Origin: Schizochytrium sp. TIO01
Lineage: Eukaryota > Protista > Bigyra: Labyrinthulomycetes
NCBI GenBank assembly: GCA_004764695.1
Contig: SMSO01000037.1
Location: forward strand, 1,464,747-1,528,746
Reading direction: 5' to 3'
DNA: 64,000 bases
The position numbers and the translations under genes were made by a program. Within the stretch, counting starts at the first letter, position 1. Each line of letters begins with the position of its first letter. The notes under the pieces are model-generated. The model searched no databases, was not told where the DNA came from, and worked only from the letters and a program-made list of their open reading frames with translations. Positions 23,898 through 35,295 of the stretch are shown here, one piece after another.

Positions 23898-26800
23898 CTA
23901 TTTTGATAAGAAGACGCATACAGCAGCATGCCAAGATCAATTTGTAGTAGAGACGATCGGCATCAAACTTGTCGTGATCAAGCATGTATTCATGAATCGC
24001 AATGAGCACTGCGACGTACTCCTTGTCAAACCTTACACGCGCGTTGTAAAGAGTTTTGAGGCCAGTGGGCGCATTCTGGTTTGACACTCCTTTTTACGTT
24101 TCCTACAATTTATTTTCTTTTTCTTTTACCTTTTTGCTTTGAAAATTAAAACGCAGATACAACTCTTGCTCAAACTTGTCTACTTATATACAGTGCCAGC
24201 ATCGATTATTATAAACGGCCAAAGCTCATTGCTGACTCACTTCTCGGTAAGTTGCATCATTCTTTTTTCGTTTGGAGACGGAAAAACAGCTCCATCGTGC
24301 AGTCAGTTTTTGATGGTTTCAATTCAAACTTCACAAACTTATTATTCACAGGGCCACTGTCGGCGATTTCTGTTAATATAATTGACACATTCACAAGGAG
24401 CGTGGGGGAGAACTTAGGGAATTCCTACTTCTGTTTATCCAGCCCCTTTTCCGGGAAACTTTCTTTGATTTGTCATTCAAAAAGGCACACAGAGCTGTTG
24501 GAGTGGTGTTCACTGCTGATTGTTCTGGCTTGCGAGGAAGCATATCACCCTCCTCAAAGAAAAGACGGCCCAACACCAAACCCACTTTGAAAGGCAGCAA
24601 CTCTATAAGAAGAGACCAATAGTCTGAGCAAGCCCATAGTACCTACTACTGCTCCTTGGAACAGATTAATTAAAAAATAATAACATCATATCATCCTTTC
24701 TACCTATTCCAAGTACAAGGGAATTGAAAGTTCATTTAGAAAGGTCACGCTCGGTCTTAATCCATTCCTTCCGGAATTACAACGGACTAACGCAAACCAC
24801 CGAAACGGCTTTGAGGTGGTCAGTACCAAGCGCATTTTCGAGTCTTCCCAAGCAGTTTTGCATAAACAGGTACGACCCTACCTACTCCTGTAATAAGTAC
24901 CTACTTTCTACTATAGGTTCCTTCCTATACCTTCTCGCCTGCTTTCTTTCTTTTCAAGTTCTCATTCCTGTTGACTTGAATTTAGCTGGGAACTCGAGAA
25001 AGTACTATTCATTTTATTCTCCTCGCTGCCATGAACGTATTACGTATTCCCTATGCTTCCTTCATAGAAGTAGCCTTCAACGCATTAACCGACAAATTAT
25101 GATAGTTGCACGATTCTTACATCTCACTCTGTAGTGCTTTGGCCTCCCCAAGTCAGTGGCTCAGGTATCTTCGACTGAACACGGGGGCAATTAGATTGCT
25201 GGAAAGGTTACTTGGGATAGGAAGCTCGTTTAAACAACAACAATTTGTTGCGGACTCTTTTAGCTCCTTTCGAAAATGTCGTTGTGGAAACAGCTGAGAA
25301 ATCTCTTTAGCAGAAAAGTCTAACATCTTCGATATCAACCTATTTAATTTCAAGGATAGTGGGCCTAAAGCTCTCGGCATCGCTAACGGCCCTGAATTAA
25401 TGTCAAGTTTTCACAAAACTACACATCATCCTCCTAGGAATGTGTGGTGTGATAGCAGTTTACTTTACAATACTTCCAGTTAATGAAAACTCAACAGGTT
25501 TGAATGTTTCAAAAAACTATCAAAATATCTTAAAACAGGCCACCCTTCGCAACTTTCATACACACATACATAGAGCCTAAGCCTGTGAGCAAGCATGCGT
25601 ACCATACTAACTCAATGCCTTGCTTTGGCGTCAGTAATGAAGTCCGCCCCTCTAGTGACGATGCCTCCCTATGTCCTCTTTCGCAAACCGCAACTGTAAA
25701 CAAATAATAAGTTGACGCATCTGTTGATGCTGCTGCTACTGCTGGAAGAATACGAAAGCCTGGCCCGGCCAAATTATTGATCAGTTAGAAAGAAACATAT
25801 TACCCACCTCCAAGACTCAGAATGTAGAAGGTCATCACCTGGACCAATCTCGTTACATGAGGTTGGATGTGAGGCTTTTACTTACCGTCTTGGACAGTCC
25901 AGGCTTTGGGAGTCGGGCTTCTTGAACACAGCCGCAGCACATGTTCACAGTCTGAATCACAGGAAGCCCCGGTTTCGCGGCTCAAATGCAGATTTCCATT
26001 TTTCCAGAAAATAATTTTATTCTGCCCATTGCCTTTTTTAAAACGTAGAAAATTGGTACTAAGGCTCCTCAGTCCTGTATCATCTTTACTTTCTCTTAAT
26101 ATTATTATTTAATAATAAATTGAAAATGAAACGGTAATGTGCGGGGCCGCTTCCCATTGCCCATAAAATTGATCCCTGGCATTCTGTTCCTTACATCGTT
26201 TGCGAAAATGCTCATCCGAGGTACTTTATTCATATAATATAAAGCATCTCCTAATATCTTCTTTTCAATTCAAACTAACGAGGAAAGACCTCCGGGGATA
26301 TTTTTGCCCTTTATTTCAAATCATTAACTTTTATTTTATTTTATTTTAAGAATATTGTTTATCGTCTTTGTTTTATTTTCATTTTATTATTTTTATTTAA
26401 GAAACACTTTCGTACTAGTTTAACAGCTTAGAAAGCTCTTCACCTTTTATTTTTAAATCTTTTATGAAATCAGGCTTTTCCCCTCTTTAGTTTGTACTTT
26501 TCATTAATCTTAAATGCGAAAAATAATTGAGATCCAACCAAAAAAAAATTCTATGGTGGATTCGGATCTTAATCGGGATAATTTCAAAGGAGTGACTGTT
26601 TTTGGCTTGAGTTTTTCACCCCCAACATCATTATATTAAGGAGTTATCTGTGACTCTAGAGAGTGTTGACAATCAATTTTTTAAACCGTGGTAATATATA
26701 ATAGCCAATTGCAAACTATGTCTACTACTTTACATACTGGAGACGAATCACAACAGTGTTCTCTTGTGCAATTTCACAATTGTATGTAAGTCGAATATCA

Positions 26801-27629
26801 ACTAAACATTGAAGATGCCTTGGCGAATTTCTTATCAAATGTCCATGCGCACAATATTTCTTGAAATCTCTTTCTATACACATAAATCGCTTCATGAAAA
26901 AACATATGCCTTGTTTGAGAGTCCTTCTAAAAAAGGTATAGATGGGATTCCTGAATTCATGTGCTCATGAGCCTAACAATAAATGTTTGCTTTTCTTGCA
27001 GAGCGTGACTTAAACGCAGTGACGTAATTATCGACTCACCACGCACCTGTTTTTCAGGATATTGCCGAAAAATGTTGGTGCAACTCTGATACCCTTGGTG
27101 AAAGTTTTGACCTAATGATTGCTCAACAACATTATATGCACCTTGCTCGCTAGTTAATCTGTATAAGTTGGGCTTTGTGGAACACCAGGTTTAGTTGAAA
27201 GGAGAATTTGAGAGTGATGAGGATGAGGATAAGCTAATGTCTTAGAAAGAGGAAAAGAATGTATAATATAATCTTGGTCATCAAGACACAGAGTTCTAAA
27301 TAATACACTTTACATTTCTTGCAAAAATGTGATCTAATTTTATGTACATGTTTACTTGATTGAACATCAACGGTCAAAGAGCTCATTGAGATTCATTTTA
27401 TGAACTGTTATATTGCATAGTTCACTTAATAATTTAGCGAATTCCTGGGTAGGAGTAAGATATTATCTGTTTACGCTTTGTTTCACGTTAAGAGCGTCTA
27501 CCACATTACCTGTACAGTTTAAATTATGTGATAACAATGCAAGAAGGAAAGCCTATCTTGTCATTTGTAGCAACATTCAGGTTATGTCTCACAAGCACAT
27601 GTCATGCCAGTTTAAGAGAACTCTTATTA

Positions 27630-28208
27630 CTAACCAGAAGCAACGAGTTCTGCGGATATAACCCTCGTCAGGATGAGTAACTCCGTCCTAGACAATTTCC
27701 TCTTTACGACAAAGCCATCAATAAAAACCTTCATCTTGGTGAAATCCGAATGAATCCACTATTTGATCCACGATTGCCAATTTTTATCTATCCTAAATCG
27801 TCGTCGTAAGGCAAATTTTCTTTGATACTTTAATCCGAAGTTTAATTTGTTCATTACACTGTCTGGAAAATTTGATTCAAATCTGTAGCAAGCCTAAATT
27901 ATTGAAGCTCATTAATTCTTGCTCCCAAATCAAGAACGTAGCAGATATAGTATTTGAAGGTTTTCTGCGCACCGTTAAGAGAATCGTGATGCAATATAAA
28001 TGATTAAGAACAATGATGTTTGAGTGAGCGGAGTTAATCGCTAACATTTTTGAACTCATACAAATTTTCGCAACACAAGCCGGAGACATTTTAATGGTCG
28101 AGGTAGCGCAACCAAAGTGGATGGACTTGCATTACATTGTATAATGACATCACCACGATCTAGTACAGTTGCTTTTTACAATCTCTCAATTAGTCCTCTC
28201 TGTGTGAG
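27630..28208 (-). pseudogene. Decayed ORF relic, identity unknown
   Basis: Hand translation gives protein-like text interrupted by stops and one frame change (..KTFKYYICYVLDLGARINELQ*FRLATDLNQIF..WIHSDFTKMKVFIDGFVVKRKLSRTELLILTRVISAELVASG). No family recognised. Confidence 0.3.
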
Positions 28209-31200
28209 AAATTGAATCTATTTCACTCCAAAGTCCTGTTTTAACAGTGGATGTTGCCTACAATTGAAAATATACACAACAGAAATGTTTGTTTCTTGCG
28301 TCTTTCATTATGATTCCTTCAGATGGCTTTTTTTTCTTTGTTTGTGTTTTTGCATTTTGAGTACTTGAATTTTCTATGTTTCTCGGTTCTGTGTCCTTCC
28401 TTTCCATAAGAGTGCGGTCTGTGTAATTATTCATTGAAACATTTGTTGAAATTTGCATTGTTGCCAAGAACACACCCAAAATGTTCCTTTGTCAAGTTCT
28501 TGTCCCTCGCCTGGAAGTCTTTCTGTGTCGTTTTTTGTTTTGATTTTGTATTTTTGTATTTTTGTTTATTTAATTTCAAAGCCCTTAGTGCGACTAGCAC
28601 TACCCTGGGAACAAGCTCCTTTTACCTTTTAGGATGTACACTCAGCTTTTATCTGTTCATTTTTTCATTTTTATATTATTTTTAAAAAATTCTGTAGTAG
28701 GATTGATTCTTAGTTTAATCTAGGTACATAGTAGATCAGCGCTCTTACTTAGTCAGCGTCAAGCTCATGATAATATACTGCTACCATGCAGCAAAAAATG
28801 AAAAACATGAAAAACACCACAGAAGGTAGCGCAGTTTCTAAAGGAGGCAAAGGATCACTACTAATTATCCTTCAAACACTATATAGCAATCTGTTGTCTC
28901 TTTTTAACCGTTCCAAAGCTATGCGTATGACGGACAGTGAGAAAAGTCAAATTTTTGAAGGACAGAATGGGACAGAAAGAGCTTAGAATAGAAGGAGCTT
29001 AGCAACTGCTGGGGCACGAAGTACCACCCTTCCACATGTGGGCGTGCAAACCATGCTTTGACTTGAATTTTTACCCAAGTAAATTGATGATTAGGAGTAG
29101 TCCCTGACTAAAATGAGAGGGGTTTGCTAAAGAAGAGCCGATTGGATCGATACCTCCAGAGTATTCGACCCTGAGAAAGCAATGTGTCCCGCTCGTTCTC
29201 TATTGTTCTTATATCTATCTACTCCTGCAAAATCTATTTGACTCTTTACAGAAAATCTCCACAGAAAAAAGCGACGGAGGTGCAGAGACTGCCAGGCTAC
29301 CTCAGTTGTGCGCTACACGCCTAATGTTTTCCTCAGTATTTGTTGGCGCCCTTTTCCCTTCTCTAACTTCTTTCGTCACAGTGAATGTATTCGTTTCGTA
29401 CAAGGTCTTGATATACGGATGGATGGAAACCAGAAGGTGTAAGATATCAGTCTCTCCATCTAAAATCAAGTATATGATTGCTCATCTTACTTCAGCTTGT
29501 CTGCGATAACAATCTTAAAAGTCCAAAGCGTTCGATCTGAAGACTGTAGGTAGCTCAGTTTGTCAACGGCAAAAGTTAAGGAGAGGGAAGTGGGAAGTGG
29601 GGATAGTAGCCTCGCGACCGTTAATAAATTGTCAAGTCGAACAGTTTTCTGCTGGTACCTACCCTACCTATCTACCACCAAGTCAACTGATAGTCTCAAT
29701 TTCTTCCTGCTTTGGATAAAAGTTTAAGTGCTCTCTGAGCTTGACTTCCGATAGTTTGAGCGTCCGTGATGCACTAAAAGATGAAACGCTTCGAAAAGTC
29801 CCTACCCATCTGTCGAAACCTTCGCGTTCGAATGCTCAATTCTCAGAACTGAAGAACATTGGCCAATGACTAATTCAAACCGGATAGAGTAATTTTTAAG
29901 TTGGACAGCGGCACGTGGTATGATAACTTGAAGTTGACATGAGCACTAGCAATCAATCGAGCAGCTCGCAGTGTTATGTAAATACCAGAAAAACGAACAA
30001 TCAAACAACATTCCACACCTCCACAGAAGGCTGGCTGCCTAGTACCCTTATGACTAGCTTAAGTAAATCATTCAAGAAATCATTGAAACTGTGTGGTGCA
30101 GTTGCACTTGGCCCATCACTTTGTATGACCTTGAAAGCTACTACGGCATTGATCTCCACTTTGATCACTATATTTGTTCACCAAGTCATCGAGTTTTCTC
30201 TTGAGTTTTCATGAAACATAAAAACTTAGTCTATGTGACGCAACTATACCACATAAGTTAAATGTAGTCTTTCAACGGGCTCTTCATGTGTTCTTCATTT
30301 TTTACCCTATTTGGAACTTCAATGTAGAGTCCGTACCAGCTCAGAGATTCAAGGAGTGGGGAGTTAGACAATTGATGAACTTGATTACACCGATCGCCCG
30401 ATCGTCTGCCCTCTTTCTTGTCCTTACGCCTCAATGCTTTTAAACATGGATTCCTACGCGACAGCCCGGAACGTGTGTTGCTCAGATGTTCGATTTTCTT
30501 TCTGGCTACGTCTGATTCCTTCATCGAATTGTCTTCACACTCTTTCCTGCCGTCCAATGTCCGCACGTAACGCAGTCGATTGGAGAACCTTTACTTTTTG
30601 AAACCATTGGTGGAGCCTCCTGCACAGAGCCACAAGCTCTTAATCACACCATTGCTTACAGGTAATCTGGACACTACCACTATGCTCTGCAACTCGACTT
30701 TTCTTGCGCTCAACATCGATCCGGAAATAATCTGCAACGCTCAACTTGTTGGACAGGCTGTTTTTTCTGAAGTTGTGTATGGTTAGCCGAATAGTCCAAG
30801 GTTGTGTGAGATTTGAACGCGTGCCTTCCTTACACGTAAAACTCATTCGCCTTCACGCCCACAGAAAGAACTTAACTAAGCTCCAACAGCAAAAATTCAC
30901 CACCATGAATGCAGCAGCCCTTCCTCATCTTCGAATCAATTCGCCTTTCTCTGTTCAACGCAGCCTGCATTTGGCCTACATTTTCATTCTAACGTTGATT
31001 GACCTCCTAGGCACTAAAAACTATTTATGATCAAGATTGGGATTGAACAATAGAATAATGATAAAATAGTAGTAACTTATCATAATTTTAATCAAACTTC
31101 AACTTGAACCGCCTGCAATGCGTCCGTATTTCTGGCACGCAATCCAGAAATACCGTTTTTTGTGCTGTTTTTTTAGTCTTTTTTTGTCTTTTTTTGTCTT

Positions 31201-34200
31201 TTTTCCCCTTTTTTCCCTTTTTCTTCAATGGTTCTTTGTTTCATTTAAAACTATTTCAATAGTTACTCTATATAAAAGATTAGAGATATAATATATGTAG
31301 ACTTTTTTCCTTACATTAAATAATGAAATGAAATGAAATGATTAAATGGAAAATAAAAATTTCAACGATAAGGATGATGAAAAATTATGACTGGCTCTGG
31401 AAATATTTTTTTCGAGCCTGGAGAAATTTACACTAGGTCAGTCTTTCGCATGAATAAAGTGCAGGTAAGAAGAAGGGATTGGCAACGCACTCTTCTCCCG
31501 CTGCATGTACATTAAGCTAAGTGCTCATAGATCTTATTTCCTGGAGCTCCTAAACTATATGTTCCACCTATAGTAGATTTTAAACTATTTCTTTACTTTA
31601 TATATATTATAAAACAATTTTACAACAATTGTAAAGGCACACAGAGCTCATGACAACACTGACAGATATCAACACTCTGTAGCTCTCTGTAGCTCTCACT
31701 TTATGTCAATACCCTGGGTTAGTTAAACGGAAAAACTCTGCAACTTACGCAAAAAGCTTTCAACTTCTCAGTCGACTCACAACTATTTCGTTCGAAACTT
31801 CTCCAGGAATTTACTTATTTCAAATTGTACCCATCAGTAAAACAAGTAAGAAAGTGCTTCTTCTGTGCGATTTCCATGCCCTCTTGCCGACCACCTGTCT
31901 TTCACTACACTAAGTTAGTCCCCAGAGTTCAGTTTTATTGTCCAAAAGATCCAGCAACATCTTTTTACCCGAAATAAAAATCTTTATTAATTAATCACTC
32001 AAATGGAAGTTTTCATATTATGAATAATAGCAGCTATGATGATACCTACCTTACCTACCTTCCAGGTACTGCTGATACATACTAAATATAGAAACGTAAG
32101 CTCTCCTTGCTTCGATTTCCTTTCGCATGACATTTTTTATGTCAGGGACTATTATTTCCATTTAGAGAAAACTTTAGTTTGAAGATTCTCTCTCCAACTT
32201 TTGTTGCCTCTATAAATTTTCAAATTTGATGTAACTCCAGTCTCAAAGAGGACATGAAAAGTCAACCTGCCTTATCCTCAATAAAAATGATAAACGCTTA
32301 TTGTAAAGTGCTGAGGTCTCCGACGAGAAGGGAAAGTAACTTTGACCAATACAAATGGAGAGTAAAATGTTTATTTTTGAATATATGTATCAATTCAGTC
32401 ATTTTTTTGGAGAGTCTCTTAGCATAAATAGACCCCTTTTCACATGAGTAACATGACAGCCATCCTTGAGGTATGCGTGCTTCGCAGATACATAGTTTGA
32501 TGCACTCTGTAAGTTGCAATAACAGACATTAAACTCGATTTAATCTGAATAGGCTTATTTTCATCTTTCATCATCTTACAGGTAATATATAAATGTCTAC
32601 ACAGAAACATCTATTTTGTTAAAGTTTAAAAAAGGCGGGACTAATGGCTGCTATCTAGTCAGCACCTTATACAGATTGTACTCCGGTGCACTTGTGCAAA
32701 CCCTCGATCTGGATAATAGAATTAAGTCGCATGAAAAAGTATAGGTCCAATCATAATCTACATAAATAGAATTGCTGAGATCGTGAACATGGAAAAAATC
32801 AAAGTATGACACTCGAAATTCCTCAAGCAAGTTACAATAGATTTTTAGTGCTTTCCGTTTACGAACTGCTCTTCTTGCAATGAGAGTAAGCTGGTGAAGA
32901 GGCAATGTTTTGACGGCAATACGATTGAAAGGGCGCAAATCTTTGGCCTAGATATACGATTGAGGGAATTAGTGGACAAGATATTGGTAAAGCTCTCCGC
33001 ATCCCTTTGTAAAGACCATGGACATAGGGTTTGCAATAAAGCCGAGCCCGTGGTTGAGAAGCCAAGAACCAAGAGTATGATTACACATTTCCTGGGACCA
33101 AGTATGGTGTAACTTAAATTGATGACTGTCGAGGTTGCGTTAACGTAGCCCTGTCAATTGTATCTATCACTGTTCAAGAATGTCTTAGCACCCTAATTAC
33201 GACATGAATTAGTTTGCCTTGAAGTTCATCGCATAAGAACACAGCATTTCGCCAACATTTAAAATCAATCTTGTTTAATTCTTCATCAAGACACTTAACT
33301 CCGTTTTTATAGTCAACCTCCAGCTGACGAGACTCTTGCTTCAGCATATACTTAAGCCCAGTATATTGCGATGGAGTACAAATGAGCAACAATTCATTGC
33401 AATTTAAACATTTAAACGCCGGCACATGCAATATAATGAAATTTTAAGATACTGGTTAGGTAGATTTATACGTTGATGTGATCTTAGAATATTAGAAAAT
33501 GAACCACCCTTTGTTAACGATCATCAGAGCAACGACTTTTGTCATATTTCACAAAACATATAAACAAAGTCAAAGTTACAAATATATCGGATTAATCAAT
33601 TTGTAACCTGCACACTACTAAGTGAGGCAATATGATCATGTACTAACATTTAAGACCTTTAAATTTATAACGCAGGATTTAACATAATAACGTATGATTT
33701 GTACTGCTTTGCCAACCGAGGTTTTACCCTTGATTGAACACTGGACATTTTCTGAAGATTGCAAGATTCAAACCAATCTATCGACCAACAACTTTGTACT
33801 ATTCGCTGATTCGCGACAACTTAAAAGTACCCTTCCTAAACTATGAGGACTTCAAAGAAACGTATTTAGTTCGTATAAAGACTCGTTTTGATGCGGTAGC
33901 AGAAGTTATTTGAATTGATATTTGCAGAGACCCGTAGCTTATTGTAGAAATGTTTGCTGTTCAAAAACCAACTGTCTTGAATAAGTGACTTTGAAATTTA
34001 ACAGACTGCTAGTACATAATTAAATTTATTTGGCTTATGTGCATTCAACATGATTGCTTCAGGAAAGGTGTTCAACTTGAACCAAGTTAAACCCCATCCG
34101 CCTGCAAGAGATATCAGAGGTTTTTTAATGGCTAGTGTGCTCAAATCAAGGTATATCGTCACAGAAGCGAAATGTGATTGGAGCCGGAGTAACATTTTGC

Positions 34201-35187
34201 TCTTTGATGAATATGTTTTGGTCTTTTCTAAGTTTTTTCAAAAACCACACGTTATACGATTACTTATCAGGACAATTCAACTACACATTCTAAAGGAGCT
34301 GGTGGCCGGGATTGAAATTTGCAGCGCAAACAATCGCTGCTTTGTAAGGTTGTTTACGTAGGGCGAGTATGCGAATATTTTCCATATGATGCAAAGAAAC
34401 CTTCCTGTATCATGCTTAGAGCAATTTGCCTTTAAGAAGAATACAATTTTTGAAACTTAAATTTTCAAATTTCATTTATCAGTTCAATCTACAACGTATA
34501 TTTAGATGCATGAAGCCTCATACACTCAGAGACTTTGTAATAAGCATAAACAAAGCAAGAGGACACTAAGACCCAACTATTGTCATTCTTATTCAAGCCA
34601 AGAAGGCCGCAGTAATAAATGAAGAAGAGGACTTCTTGTTGCTCGCATATTCATGGGTCACGTCCAGGACACTGTGCAAAGCTCAAAACTCGATCTAGAA
34701 GACAATAACTTATATTTATCTCCTCAGGTATCAAGTATGCTGGTAACAGTCGGGTTAGGAGGAAACTGAGTAAGGCTCATTAACATTCAAAAAAAAATCC
34801 CCGAAAGAAATATGTACGGACGCGTCTGAGATTACTCAGGAAATTGTAATATGAAACCAATTAGACAGATCCTTTCAAAACAAAATCGTCAAGTACCTAG
34901 CTAGAGTCTTTCCAAAGGAAGCATTCATTGCAACCAGTGTTACAGGCTTCCCTGTTTCATTTACAACATCGACTTACGATAAGAAAAGGTGTGAATCACG
35001 ATTTCTCTTTTCTGTGCATGTTTGTTGGCGTACGATGAGAAAAGTTTTTTTTTTTTTCAAGTCTACAGGGGAAAAAAAATAAAATAATAATAATAATATA
35101 TGGTGGTATAGTAGGCAATAAGAAGTACCGGCAGAGGTATTTGATGTCTATCATTTACAGTAAAGGTACTACTGACCATGGTTTTTC

Positions 35188-35295
35188 CTTCTTCTTCTTC
35201 TTCTTCTTCTTCTTCTTCTTCTTCTTCTTCTTCTTCTTCTTCTTCTTCTTCTTCTTCTTCTTCTTCTTCTTCTTCTTCTTCTTCTTCTTCTTCTT
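35188..35295. repeat. (CTT)36 perfect microsatellite
   Basis: 108 bp uninterrupted CTT array. It produces the spurious polyE and polyS ORFs in the track. Confidence 0.97.

Noticed and set aside
26718-34460. Alternative genetic code (TAA/TAG = Gln) to explain the stop-interrupted frames
   Set aside because: All three stop types and frameshifts occur in the relics, and intact genes here end in TAA, TAG and TGA, so decay explains them better.
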